From Blastocladiella emersonii ATCC 22665 (taxonomy: Eukaryota > Fungi > Blastocladiomycota): a stretch of 64,000 nucleotides of DNA. A model generated the notes under the pieces. It had not been told where the DNA came from, ran no database searches, and saw only the letters and a program-made list of their open reading frames with translations. Location: the NCBI GenBank assembly GCA_025594325.1, contig JANHCV010000005.1:1302001-1366000 (forward strand). Reading direction: 5' to 3'. A program made the translations under genes and the position numbers. Shown piece by piece: positions 46,445-57,947 of this stretch (position 1 is its first letter; every line of letters starts with the position of its first letter).

Positions 46445-48908
46445 TCACGCGTGCGAGTCGCTCGAGCGCTGCCGCTTCGGCGAAACCACATCTACTGGGC
46501 GCACGGAGACACGGTCAGCGACGAATTCACAGGTGAGCGAGCAAGGAAAAGCCGTACCAGACTCGGCCTCGTGCGGCCGCTTGAGCGCGCCCGACGTAGA
46601 CGACGGCGACACCGGCGCGACAGCCGGCACCACCACCGCGGCGGCGGCCACCAGCATCTCGTCCTGGCCCACGACCGCCGCGCTGTCGGCGTGGATCACC
46701 GCCTTGGTCGGCGTGGTCAGGATCCCGCTGTCCTCGGGCCGCGGCACCGCCACCGCCAACGCCGTCGCGTCAATCGTCGCCGCCGACATGCCCTTGACGG
46801 GACTCGCGGGCCGGCTGAGCGACCGCGCGAGCGCCGTGGGCGAGGGCCGGACCGAGTGGATGACGCTGGCGAACTCGAGCGCGTCGGCCGCGGCTTCTGC
46901 CTCGAACGCCGCCAGCTGCTGCTGCGCCGAGGTCGGTGAGTGCGACGTGGATGCGGTCACGACCACGGGCGAGTGCGGCACGACGGCGGGCGACGCGAGC
47001 ACGGGCACGGGCACGGGCACGGGCTCGTCGTCCTCGGGCTCCTCGTACTCGACGAGCTCCGACAGCGTGTAGGCCTCGGTCGACTCGAGGTCGGCCTCGC
47101 GCGCCGCCGCCTCGGGTGCGGGGGCAGGGACCGGCTCGGCAGCGGCGACGACGACGTCCGTCAGCACGGGCGCCACGTCGGCGGCAGCCACCGGTTCCGC
47201 CACCACGGGCCCGACGGCCGCGACGGCGAGAGGAACGTCGTAAGGCTGGACGACGCCCTCCGCGGCGCAGTCAGCCGCGAGCAGCTGCTGGCGCGACGAG
47301 ACGCTGGCCGACCCGTCCTCGGACACGTCCGAGCCCGCGGCAGGCGAGTCCGCCGAAGCGACCTCGACGGGCGCGACGCCGTTGGGCACCGACTCGGGCA
47401 CGTGCTGGACCTCGACGTACTCGGCCTCGGTCGCCGCCGTCTCCTCCTCCACCACCTCCTCCTCGTCGGCGGGGTACACGGCGTTCTCCTCTTCCTCGTC
47501 GTACTCGAGGACGGGCTCCTCGCCGTCGTACTCAGCGTCGTGGTCCATGTCGGTGTCGAGCAGGTCGTTGGCGCGGCGGATCAGCTCGTCGAGCTTCCAC
47601 TGAGCCGAGGGTCCCTGGATCACGAGCTCGATGTTGAGCGGGTCCTCCGAGTCCGGGTACAGCGTGCAGCGCAGGTTCCAGAAGTTGATGAGGCGGTTGT
47701 CGTGGGCGATATCCGTCTCCTACACGACCGCACGGGAGTGTCAGTGACCAATCACGCGCACCATCACCGCGGCCGACCGCAAACCGTACCTCGTGAATAG
47801 TCAGTCCATCGAGATTCGAAAAGTGCAGCGCCACGTCCATGTTGACGAGGTCGAAGCGCAGCTTGAGGCGGCGCATGAAGTCGTTGATGGTGCCCTCGTA
47901 GAAGAGCTGCTCAATGTCGTCGAGCTCGGCGAACAGCGGGCCGGTCGCCGCGTCCGCGTCGGGCGTGAAGAGTGTGTAGGTGGCGCCGGCGTAGGTTAGC
48001 GTGATGAAGGCGTCAAACTCCTCCTCGGGACCGTCGTCCTCGTCGTCGTCGTCGGTCTCGTGGCTCGAGTGCGCGGCCGCATCGTCGGCAATGGCGGGGG
48101 CAGACTCCTCGGACGGCTGCTCGTCGCCCTCGGTCTCGTCTTCGGGGGCGGGCACGAGCTGCAGCGGGTCGTTGACGACGGTCTGAGGAGCGGCGGGGGT
48201 AGCGGAGGCGGAAACGGCAGCTACGGGTGCCTCGGGGAGAGCAACGACCTGGGGAGCGCTGGGACTGCGAGATGGGGATGCCGGGCGGGCAGCGAGAAGC
48301 GAGGGCTGCGAGTTCGCGGGGTGGGATGGGCTGCTGCTGCGGGACGAGAACGCGGCGGCGGCGGCGGGAGCAGGGGCGGAAGCGACGACAGCGGGCGGCA
48401 GCGAGGAGGACGACGGCTGGCGGTGCGGGCTGGACGGGATCGCCGAGATGGACGGGCTCGCGTACGGCGCAGAAGCAATCGGTGCAGCGAGCGGCGCCGA
48501 GAAGACCGTCGGCGACACGGCCGCAGCGGAGACCGTCGACACCGTCGACACCGTGGCCGTCGCGATCACGGGCACCGGCATCACTGGCGGCAGGACGGGC
48601 GACGTGGCCATGGGAACAGGCGAGAGCGGGGCGGCAGCTGGCGCGACGAAGACAGTCGCGGTAGCCGTAGCCGTGGTCGTCGTGACGGTGGCCACCGCGA
48701 CCTCGACGGCCATGGCGTCCTCGTCGTCGCCCTGCTGGTCGAGGGCCATGTCGGCGTCGTTCGCGGCGGGGTCCGTGGCCGCGTTCAGGTCCATGCCCAT
48801 GACGGCGTGCGCAATGGGCGCGGCCGAGCCTGTGTCGGCCATGACGACCTCGGGCGACTCGGTCCCGACGTGCGTGTCCAGCGGGACAAAGGGCGACGGG
48901 AAGGTCAT
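46445..48908 (-). CDS. Acidic low-complexity protein with a central folded domain (DUF2420-like); two introns
   Basis: Ordered core ITLTYAGATYTLF...FMRRLKLRF...VALHFSNLDGLTIHE|TDIAHDNRL...PLNIELVI flanked by Ala/Pro/Glu-rich regions; the DUF2420 call is from memory of the pattern. Confidence 0.6.
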
Positions 48909-49875
48909 TTTGGTGGGGATGCGTGCGTGCGATCAGGATGCGATGGATGGAGGGGACGCGTAGCGCGACGTGGTGACAGGGGTGGTAGGAAGTAGCGTGC
49001 AGACGGTTAGTGTACCACGGCGACAAGAGAAACCGTACGTGTGCCCGAGCGAGCAAAGCAACGGTGTTGAACGGGCAGGGCGATCAGGGCGACTAGGCCG
49101 AGTTCGGCGGATTGAGCGCTTTCTGAGGCGACCAGACACGGTTGCAGCGAGTGCAGCGTCGTTGCAGCAGCAGGATCGTTGCGGGACGCGATAGCGCATG
49201 GGTCGTCGGGGCGGGCGTTGAGCGCGACGGCAGGCGAAGCGAGAGATGAAAAATCACGTCAGCTGATCTCGCGTGGCCCCGACGCGAGAGTGTCTCGCAC
49301 CGACTCACTTGCGCGGGCGACGCGTCGCGAGGCCGACGTCGAGCGGGAGGGACGACTGACCGCTCGCTGAGAATGTTTGAGACGTGGTTAGCGCGAGCGG
49401 TTCCTGTTTGTGGGCTTCATTTCTGAGGCGACCTCAGGGACGTGGATCGGATCGACCATCACGTCGTCAATCATGACCATCTTCCTCACAAGCCGGACAC
49501 ACGCTCACTCAAGTACAATCCCTCTCTGAGCGCTCATACCACGAGGCTCGACTTTCCGCTCGCGACCCTGTCAAGCCTGGGCATGCGATGCGGGGCGTAC
49601 CAGGGCCGTACTCTGGTGCCAACTGCGCGCGACGCCCGAACCCACGGAATTGCCTCTCTATTAATCCTACACGAGATGCGTTATTCGCGCTGTCGCGACC
49701 CGTCCGTCGAGCCGGTGGCGCGTGGCGTTCATGAACACGCTTGTTGGTTGCATCGTTCATTTCCTCCACCCTGGATTTGTTTTCACTTCTCTCCTCCCCA
49801 TCGCCCGTGCACTCACGATGGCCTTCTTCTCCCCATTCCATCCCCAGTAACACTATACCCATTCGCGCCGCCGCC

Positions 49876-51903
49876 ATGCTGCCCCACCATGCAGCAGCAT
49901 CGGCGCCTCCGGCCGCCTCGATGCTCTCCACATCACCGCCGCGGCCCGCGCGGTCAGCGTCCTCGTTCGGCCAGCTGCAGCACACGCAGGTCTGCCCGCG
50001 GCACAACCCAATGCACTCGGCGACCCACGCGTGGCCGACGCCCGCGAGCGCCCCCTGCATCTGCTACGAGGCCATGTCCGAGATGGACCCGCTGTCGACG
50101 TCGCTGTCCTCGTCCCGCAGCGGCGGCGCTGCCCCGCACTCAACATTGCACAATTTCGTTGCAGCACAGGGTGTTGCCCCACCACCATCCGCAGCAGCGG
50201 AGCCGCAGCAGCAGCGTAGTGCTTCCGCGCTAAGCCACCCGGGCGGCGAAGCTCGCCCGCGCGCCTCGTCGTCAATCCACGGAAACGGGAACGGAACCCC
50301 GCGGATGCCGCTGGCGGCGTGCCCGCAAATAGAGGCCGCGCGCGAGGCCGAGCGGCGCGCGCTGCAGCTCATGGCGGCCAACGCCAAGTTCGTCGAGTCC
50401 CCGCCATCATCGCCGACGACGACGGCCGACCACGCTGCGCGGGCGCTGCTCTCGCCGACGACCGCGGCACCGCCTGCAGCCCCTCGCCGCGCGTCGCGCA
50501 CCGGCCTGTCGCTGCCGCAGTGGCAGGACCTGGGCTCGAGCTCGACGACGGTCGCGAGCTACACCATCACGTTCCCGCTCGCCACCCTGCCCGTCTCGGT
50601 CCCTCCCGCGCTCGGCACCGCGCTGCAGCCGCTGACGTACACGGCGATCCTGCGCGAGTTCCAGCGGCGGCACAGGACGTTTGCGGGGCAGGTGACGTAC
50701 TACACGGTGCTGTGCGGTCTCTCCCTCGCCGGCACGGCCGCGTCGTGCGTGCTGTTCGCGTTCCAGCGGCTGCGCCGCACCGACCTGCCGATCCTGTGTC
50801 TCGCGCTGCTCGTGTCGGTGATCTTCGTGGCGTCGGCGCTCATCTGCCGGCGCGCCGCCGCCAAGAACCAGGTCGAGAAGATGGAGGCGTACGCGGCGCA
50901 CCTCAACAAGACGAGCGTGGCCGCGCGCAACGAGCTCGCGCTCGCGGTCCCGCGCGGCAACTCGTACATGACGCTCGAGCGCCAGGCCGCCGGCGTGTTC
51001 GCCGACGGGAGCAGCGTTGGGGATGATGACGACCCGTGGGCGCCGTACAAGGACGAGCGCTCGGCGGCGTCGGGGACGTGTACCCTGACGTGGTCGGTGC
51101 ACGTCAACGACGCGACGCGCGTCATCAGCGTCCGCGTCGCGCTGATCCGGAACCAGTGCCCCGACACCGTGCCCGCGCACGGCAAGCTCGGCGGCGGCGG
51201 CGGTCGCGGCCGGTCCATGTCCTCGGGCGCCGTCGACTGGATGCGGCGCGACGGCACGCTGCCGTCGTACCGCACGGCGCCGAGCACGGGCAGCCGCAGC
51301 CACGGTCCGCCGTCACCGCATCACCCGAGCGGCAGCCTGCGGATCCAGACCACCCCCATCGTCGCTCCGGCGGCCGAAGGCGGTGCGCTCTCGCCGCTCA
51401 GCCCGACGTCACCGAGCACCGCGACCAACTTCACGGCGCGCGACCCGCCGGTCCAGCTGCAGCGTTTATTCCTCTCTCTGGACCGGACCATCGAGCGGCG
51501 GACGGACGCGAACCTGGGCCCCGTCAAGCTCGCGTCGCCGGTGCAGCACCCGTCGCCGCGCGCGCACCTGCTGGCCATGTCGCCGCCGGCCAGCGGGTCG
51601 CCGCGCGCGGTCCAGCTCGCGTCTCCGCTCCCTCCGCCGCCAACCCCACCCACGATCGAGCGGCCCGGCGCAGCAGCACACCCGTCGGTCGTGATCGTGG
51701 GCCGTGTGCGGTCGTCGTCGGCGCCCGAGCGGCCCGTGTTCCAGCCGGTGCAGGTGCAGCCGGCGGTGCAGTTCCCGATCCGCACGTCAACGTCGCACGC
51801 GCGGCACTCGGCGCGTACGCCGCGGATCACGTCCGCGTCGCAGATGTTGCAGGTCGTCGACACGAATGCGAACGAGGAGCTCAGCTCGCTGGGCGGGTAC
51901 TGA
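49876..51903 (+). CDS. Hypothetical two-TM protein with long disordered flanks (distant Erf4/Golgin-A7-like pattern)
   Basis: Likely start MLPHHAA; hydrophobic segments YTVLCGLSLAGTAASCVLFAF and ILCLALLVSVIFVASALIC. Confidence 0.65.
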   Translation: MLPHHAAASAPPAASMLSTSPPRPARSASSFGQLQHTQVCPRHNPMHSATHAWPTPASAPCICYEAMSEMDPLSTSLSSSRSGGAAPHSTLHNFVAAQGVAPPPSAAAEPQQQRSASALSHPGGEARPRASSSIHGNGNGTPRMPLAACPQIEAAREAERRALQLMAANAKFVESPPSSPTTTADHAARALLSPTTAAPPAAPRRASRTGLSLPQWQDLGSSSTTVASYTITFPLATLPVSVPPALGTALQPLTYTAILREFQRRHRTFAGQVTYYTVLCGLSLAGTAASCVLFAFQRLRRTDLPILCLALLVSVIFVASALICRRAAAKNQVEKMEAYAAHLNKTSVAARNELALAVPRGNSYMTLERQAAGVFADGSSVGDDDDPWAPYKDERSAASGTCTLTWSVHVNDATRVISVRVALIRNQCPDTVPAHGKLGGGGGRGRSMSSGAVDWMRRDGTLPSYRTAPSTGSRSHGPPSPHHPSGSLRIQTTPIVAPAAEGGALSPLSPTSPSTATNFTARDPPVQLQRLFLSLDRTIERRTDANLGPVKLASPVQHPSPRAHLLAMSPPASGSPRAVQLASPLPPPPTPPTIERPGAAAHPSVVIVGRVRSSSAPERPVFQPVQVQPAVQFPIRTSTSHARHSARTPRITSASQMLQVVDTNANEELSSLGGY

Positions 51904-52328
51904 GCTTGGTGGGGCAGAATACATGTACATACACTTGCACGCGTTCCATCAGCACACAGCGCGAGCGACGTCACTCCACTCCCGACCTTCTGGAACCGCC
52001 GCGATCGGGGTTCCGCGAATCCGGTGCAGGTGCCGATGCTATTGCGCGGGTGTGGCTGAGCACGTCGGTCCCTGCCGCCGCGTGGCGCGTGGCGTTACCG
52101 CTTGCTTCAAGCGTGATGAAATTTGAACGCGAATGTGCTCCAGCCTCGCTGCCCTTCTTTCGGCTGTTTGCGCCTGCGCACGGCCAAACGCGTGGCGCGG
52201 CGGGGAGGACGCGGAGCACAGGCACTCAGGCCATAGCCTGAGCGTGCCCCCTCTTTCTCTCCCTGGGTCCCGCGCGCGACGTACTCTCTTTAGACAAGAC
52301 CGAACCGACTAGACATCAACAGCGCATC

Positions 52329-53453
52329 ATGACCGTGACAAGCGACACCGCGAGCGACCTGGAGACGGCCGTCGGCCTCAACGACAACGACGACGTGTGC
52401 GCGCTCGCCGAGCCGTGCCTGCTGCACGGCCCCGACGCGGACCCGTTCGAGGCGGCCGAGCACGGCGCCGTGTGCACGTGCAGCAACACGGCGTCCGAGC
52501 TCGCCTTCACCGTGATTGGGATCGGCGCGGCGTTCCGCGGCGGGTTCGGGATGGCCGCAGCGCGGCAGCTGCTTGGTGGCAGCAAGAAGCCGACCGTGCA
52601 GCCGCCACGAAAGCTCGAGCCGCGGCCGCTGTCCATGGCCGCCGTGTCGTCGCGGCGGCACACGGTGGTCGAGGTCCCATCACCATCTCAACAGCAACAA
52701 CTCTCGCCCATCGCAGCGACGGCCACCGTGACGATGACGCCGACGACGGCCGTGTTCCCCGGCAGCCCCGCGTCCGCGGCCATCTCGCTGAGCCCCGCCG
52801 AGTTCTGCCTGCCGTTCCCCTTCACCCCGTCCGTGATCCCGGTCCCGCGCGCGCTCGCGCCGTGCATCGACGGTCCGTCCATGTACCTGATCCTGACCGA
52901 GTTTTCGCGGCTGCACACGGTGACGACGCGGCCGGTGCGGTACCTGCTACTCTGGCTCGCCTTCATGGGCCTGCACGTCGTCGTGTCCAGCACCCTCCTC
53001 GCGCTCCCGGAGCTCCGCGACACGTACCTGGCGCTGCTCGCCCTGTACCTCGTCGTGTCGTTGATGGGCGCGGTCGCGGGGCTCCTGTACCTGCGCACGG
53101 CGCTCGCGGGGCGGCGCGACACGCTGCGCGGGTACGCGGGCAAGCTCAACGAGGCGGCGAGGAAGCAGGCGCGGCGCGCGGCGTCGGTCGCGAGCGCGCA
53201 CCCGGGCGCGGTACCGGATTTCGAAAACGGGCGGCATCTCGTCGAGTGGGCTGTCGAGGTCGAGGACCGCGGCACGACGTGTCTCCTTGTCGCAAGACCC
53301 ATCGTCGTGCAAGTCAAGGACCCGGTTGCGCCCCTGTCGCCCGCCATCATGTCCCCGCCGACGCCGACGCACGCGCGGTGGGCGCACAACCCGGCGTGGA
53401 TGGCGCCGCCGCCGCAGCAGGTCGAGGTCGCGCCGTATGGGCGGGCCGTGTAA
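52329..53453 (+). CDS. Hypothetical two-TM protein, paralog of 49876-51903
   Basis: VPRAL...ILTEFSRLH, two hydrophobic helices, YAGKLNE and EWAVEVED parallel VPPAL...ILREFQRRH, YAAHLNK and TWSVHVND. Confidence 0.65.
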   Translation: MTVTSDTASDLETAVGLNDNDDVCALAEPCLLHGPDADPFEAAEHGAVCTCSNTASELAFTVIGIGAAFRGGFGMAAARQLLGGSKKPTVQPPRKLEPRPLSMAAVSSRRHTVVEVPSPSQQQQLSPIAATATVTMTPTTAVFPGSPASAAISLSPAEFCLPFPFTPSVIPVPRALAPCIDGPSMYLILTEFSRLHTVTTRPVRYLLLWLAFMGLHVVVSSTLLALPELRDTYLALLALYLVVSLMGAVAGLLYLRTALAGRRDTLRGYAGKLNEAARKQARRAASVASAHPGAVPDFENGRHLVEWAVEVEDRGTTCLLVARPIVVQVKDPVAPLSPAIMSPPTPTHARWAHNPAWMAPPPQQVEVAPYGRAV

Positions 53454-54268
53454 ACAGTTTGGGGGCGAATAAACCAATGATTCCAAATGCTTCGCGACTG
53501 CGCACGGAAGGAAGCGAGGGAACCCCGTTCGCGAAAACGTGTCCCTGCGAGCCGAGTGATCAGCTGAGTGATGGAGAGAACGGGGACCCACACAAGGTAA
53601 AGTGGGGGAGGGTGCTCGCGCCGGTGCTCGCGGACTGGGTCCACCGTGGCCACCGTGGGGAGGGCCCGGGGCCCTCGCGAACGATGTGGGAGACGCGCGC
53701 ACGCGAACGTTTCTCGCGCGCCGAATTCACGCGTCTCGCACCGCGCCGCGGAGAGCGCGGCCTTCGGTCGCGTCACTTTCCTTTCGCCAAGAAGCCGGCT
53801 GACCGTTCACGCGCCCGCCCGCGATGGCCATGAAAAAAGGCTGTTCGCGCTCATCGTCACGTTCATCATCGGGCGACGAAACGCGCGTCGCGGCGTCGCG
53901 AACGAGCGTCCACGCGATGACGATGGCGCCGGTCGCCCGCAGATGCGCGGATGCGGATGGAGATGGAGATGGAGCAAACGAGTCACGCGTGTCGCGCGCG
54001 CGGCGCCGCACGACCATCTCTCACGTGCGGTGGCTGCGGGTTGATCGCATCATCTTATCTCTGGCCCTCGGGCGCCTGCCTGATGCGGGCGTGGCGCGCC
54101 GCGCGGCTGGGAGACACCGCGGCGCGCGCCGTGACAACGTGTTCGGCAGCGAACATGAACGGCGAGCGCTGGGTGCTGATGGATTTTCCGTTCCTTGCCT
54201 CTTGGTCCCCATCGCATCTCGCTGGCGGCCGTGGCCCTCGTCTCTCGTCCCTGGCCCTCGCCCGGATC

Positions 54269-54274
54269 TATAAA
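54269..54274 (+). promoter_or_regulatory. TATA box (TATAAA) upstream of homocitrate synthase
   Basis: Rare AT-rich hexamer in GC-rich DNA, about 100 bp before ATG 54370 and followed by a pyrimidine-rich tract. Confidence 0.45.
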
Positions 54275-54369
54275 GCGCGCCGGGTCCCCGCGCTCTCCCT
54301 CCTCGACCATCATCCAACTGACCAACCGACCTCGCTTGCTCTGCATCAACCAACCCCTCACCACCAACC

Positions 54370-55737
54370 ATGTCTCCTCACGCCAACAACTCGCCGACCG
54401 CGGCCTTCCACCCCACCTCGATTGCCCAGCTGCTGCGCCGCGACGACGCGCACTCGCGTGTGCGGAATTTCGCCGTCATCGACACGACGCTGCGAGGTCC
54501 GTCCTCCCCCCCCTTTCCTCCACCGATGGACCACCCCCTACTCACATTTCCGGGCAATGTAGAGGGCGAGCAGTTTGCGACGGCGCACTTCGACACGGCA
54601 ACCAAGGTGGCGATCGCGCGCGCGCTCGACGACTTCGGCGTCGACTACATCGAGGTGAGCTCTCCCGCGGCGTCGCCGCAGTCGCGCGCCGACTGCGAGA
54701 CGATTGCGCGGCTCGGTCTGCGGGCCAAGGTGCTGACGCACGTCCGGTGCCACATGGACGACGCGCGGATCGCAGTCGAGACGGGGGTCGCGGGCGTGAA
54801 CGTGGTGATCGGCACGTCGTCGATCCTGCGCGACTTCTCGCACGGCAAGGACATGGACTACATTCTGCGGCAGGCGACCGAGGTGATCACCTTCATCAAG
54901 TCGCGCGGGCTCGAGGTGCGGTTCTCGTCCGAGGACTCGTTCCGCAGCGACCTCGTCGACCTGCTGTCGCTGTACCGCGCCGTCGACAAGCTCGGCGTGC
55001 ACCGCGTCGGCGTCGCGGACACGGTCGGGTGCGCGGACCCGCGCCAGGTGTACGACCTGGTGCGCACGCTGCGCGGCGTCGTGTCGTGCGACATCGAGTG
55101 CCACTTCCACGACGATACCGGGTGCGCCATCGCCAACGCGTACGCGGCGCTCGAGGCGGGGGCGACGCACATCGACACGTGCGTGCTGGGCATCGGCGAG
55201 CGGAACGGCATCACGCCGCTCGGCGGCCTCATGGCCCGCATGTACACGGCCGGCCGCGAGTACATCACGGGCAAGTACCGCCTGCCGCAGCTGCGCGCGC
55301 TCGAGCTCCTCGTCGCCGACGCGGTCGACGTCCAGGTGCCCTTCAACAACTACGTGACGGGCATGTGCAGCTTCGTGCACAAGGCCGGGATCCACTCCAA
55401 GGCGGTCCTCAACAACCCGGCCACCTACGAGATCCTGCGCCCCGAGGACTTTGGGGTGGAGCGCACGGTCGCCATCGGCCACCGGCTCACCGGGTGGAAC
55501 GCCGTCAAGTCGCGCATCGCGCAGCTCGGGCTCGCGGGCACCCTCGATGACCACGCGGCCAAGGCCATCACAGCCCACATCAAGGCCGCGTCCGACGCGC
55601 GCCCGCTGGCGCTCGACGAGGTCGACGCCGTGATCCGCGGGTGGTCGGCCAACGTCAAGGCGGCGCAGCGCGAGGTGTCGGAGCCAGAACTCGTGGTGGC
55701 CGAGGTGGCGGCGGTCGCGGCCACGGCCGAGGCGTGA
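54370..55737 (+). CDS. LYS20: Homocitrate synthase; exons 54370-54496, 54563-55737
   Basis: After removing a 66-nt intron: [17 protein letters not shown]; [74 protein letters not shown]. Confidence 0.96.
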   Translation: MSPHANNSPTAAFHPTSIAQLLRRDDAHSRVRNFAVIDTTLRGPSSPPFPPPMDHPLLTFPGNVEGEQFATAHFDTATKVAIARALDDFGVDYIEVSSPAASPQSRADCETIARLGLRAKVLTHVRCHMDDARIAVETGVAGVNVVIGTSSILRDFSHGKDMDYILRQATEVITFIKSRGLEVRFSSEDSFRSDLVDLLSLYRAVDKLGVHRVGVADTVGCADPRQVYDLVRTLRGVVSCDIECHFHDDTGCAIANAYAALEAGATHIDTCVLGIGERNGITPLGGLMARMYTAGREYITGKYRLPQLRALELLVADAVDVQVPFNNYVTGMCSFVHKAGIHSKAVLNNPATYEILRPEDFGVERTVAIGHRLTGWNAVKSRIAQLGLAGTLDDHAAKAITAHIKAASDARPLALDEVDAVIRGWSANVKAAQREVSEPELVVAEVAAVAATAEA

Positions 55738-55838
55738 TCGATGGATGGTGCTGCTCATACTATTACCCTACCCTTTTTGTACATTCACTCCTCCTCCCCT
55801 CTAAGGGATACACGAACGAACCCGTTATTTTTATCACT

Positions 55839-56861
55839 CTACTCCTGCTTCGACTCCTCCTCGACCTTCTCAGGTGCTGGTGGCGCAGCGGCAACGGCCT
55901 TGCCGCCCTTCTTCCCGCCCTTGCCCACCGCCTCCTCTTCGGCGGAGACGACCTTCTTGCCAACAATCGTCGCCATGATCTTGGACCCAGCCGCGGCGGG
56001 CGGCTTGGCGACACTCGCCGTGGCATCCGCGAGCGCCGCGAGCACCTTGTCGATCACCTCCTCCTTGCGCGGCGCGCCTTTGCCGCCCTTCTGCTGCACG
56101 ACGATCTTGACCTTGAACCCCTTGGCCAAAAACTCGCGCGCGCGGTTGACCTTGACGGCGACATCGTTGGCGGCCGCCGCCGCGGACACCTGGACCTCCT
56201 TCTCGGTCTGCTCGGGCGCGGCGGCCTTCTTCTGCTTCTGCTTGGCGTACTGCGCCGCGCGCGAGACGAGTTTCACGACGGAGAGCGGGCGGCCGGTGTT
56301 GGGGTCCGGGCGCGTCGCGACTTGGACCACGTCGTACTGCGTCCGGTCGGTTCCGCCGAAAATGACGCGCAGGTCGGCGAGACCCGCGTCTTTCCCCTCG
56401 GCGTCGACGTGGAAGACGGGGATCGGCGACGAGGCGGGGACGCCGCGCGAGAGCGCGGCGAAGAGAAAGTCGTTCTTGAGCGGCCCGCTCGGCGGCGCGG
56501 GCATCCGGCGCGGCGGCGCGCTGTCCGTGGTGGGCGGAGCGGGACGCGGCGGCTGCGCGGGACCACCGCCAAAGTGCGACGGACGCGGCTGCGCAGGACC
56601 GCCCATGGTCGGACGCGGCGGGCGCGGGCCCGGGCCCGGAGTCGCAAAGTAGTTGCCGCCCGCGGGCCGGCTGCCGCCGGTGCCCGCGCCGGGACCCGAG
56701 GTAGCACCACCCGCGGGCCGCGGGCGCAGCGCGGGGTACCTGCTCGCGCCACCGCCGCTGCCGCCGCCGTTGTACGCGGCGACACTGGAGGACGAGAACC
56801 CGCGGCGTGCGACCGCGGTTGCGATGCACCGAGTGCGGAGGGTGCTGGACAAGTAGTTCAT
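55839..56861 (-). CDS. Mitochondrial translation initiation factor IF-3
   Basis: Presequence-like N-terminus; IF3-N-like PVFHVDAEG...DVVQV...VVKL; IF3-C-like KEVQVS...NDVAVKVNRAREFLAKGFKVKIVV. Confidence 0.8.
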   Translation of the reverse strand: MNYLSSTLRTRCIATAVARRGFSSSSVAAYNGGGSGGGASRYPALRPRPAGGATSGPGAGTGGSRPAGGNYFATPGPGPRPPRPTMGGPAQPRPSHFGGGPAQPPRPAPPTTDSAPPRRMPAPPSGPLKNDFLFAALSRGVPASSPIPVFHVDAEGKDAGLADLRVIFGGTDRTQYDVVQVATRPDPNTGRPLSVVKLVSRAAQYAKQKQKKAAAPEQTEKEVQVSAAAAANDVAVKVNRAREFLAKGFKVKIVVQQKGGKGAPRKEEVIDKVLAALADATASVAKPPAAAGSKIMATIVGKKVVSAEEEAVGKGGKKGGKAVAAAPPAPEKVEEESKQE

Positions 56862-56953
56862 TGCAGGGTGGTGGTGGTGGTCGCGAAGCGCGATCTCGCG
56901 TCGTTCGCGCTGAGTTGATCAACGAGCTCACATGACCTTGAAGGGGAATGTAT

Positions 56954-57786
56954 TCAAATGACGACGGCTTTATTCCGCACCGACAGGCACGACTGGACGG
57001 CGTTGGAGGGCAGCGCCTTGATGTGCTGGTACACCTCGGCGTTGTAGTAGTGCAGGCCGGTCGCCGGGTCCGTGTACGGCGCGGGCAGACCCGTGATGTC
57101 GCAGTACTTGCGCTGCACGCGCACCGACGGCGCCGCGCGGATCGTCGTCCCTACACGGTCGGTCGTTCGGCGTGTCAGCGAGAGGTGTGAGAGGGTTGGG
57201 TGGTAAGCGTACACAGCGGGTTGACGACCGGCGGCGGCGGCGACCTCGCGCGCTTGCCGCCCTTCCCCGTCGGTGGCGCCGGGGACTCGTCGACCTCCAT
57301 AGCCTCAACGACCCCATCGCGCGCGCGCTGCGCCTTACGCGCAGCCTCGGCGGCGGCCGTCGCGATCTGCGCCTGCGTCGCGACCATCTGCTTGAGCGTC
57401 TTGTACTTTTTCATCCGCGTCGCGAACCCGTGCACCTTGAACGGTTTCGGCGCCGACAGGACGTCGAGGAGCGGCGCGGCGGCCGTCGGCGACTCGGGCT
57501 CGGGCTCCGGCTCGACGTTGTCGGTGGGGAGCGGCAGCGCGGACGACCCCTCGCCGTCGGCGTCGGCGTCTTCTTCGCCCGCAAGCTCGTCGATCTCCTC
57601 CTCCTCGGCGACGGCTTCGGGCTCAGGGGCAGCAGCTGCTGCGCGCCGGGTGCTCGCGCGCCGTGGCCGAGCGGCGGGCGGGGCAGCGGGCGCGGCGGGG
57701 GTCGGGGCCTCGGCGCTCCGCTTGGGCGCGCGGCGCGTCGAGGCGCGGGAAGCGGCGGCAGAGGCGCCGGATTTCTGCTTTGCCAT
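56954..57786 (-). CDS. IES6: INO80 complex subunit Ies6/INO80C (YL1_C domain); one intron near 57152-57212
   Basis: KPFK...KTLKQMV, then AAPSVRVQRKYCDITGLPAPYTDPATGLHYYNAEVYQHI...VQSCLSVR. Confidence 0.88.
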
Positions 57787-57947
57787 GAGTTTACGTGTGC
57801 GGGAGGGCGTCGCAATCGACGATGCGGGAGGAGAAGCGGGAAGGCGGGAAGTGCGTCAGCTGACGTGCTGCGCGAGGCGCGGCGCGTGGCGCGTTCCCTT
57901 GTCGTCGGCGCCGCCGTCGCCGATGGCCGCTCCCCCAACGACCAACG

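Noticed and set aside
53980-53985. Gcn4/CpcA-like site (TGACTC, reverse strand) upstream of homocitrate synthase
   Set aside because: A single hexamer about 390 bp upstream is not distinguishable from chance.
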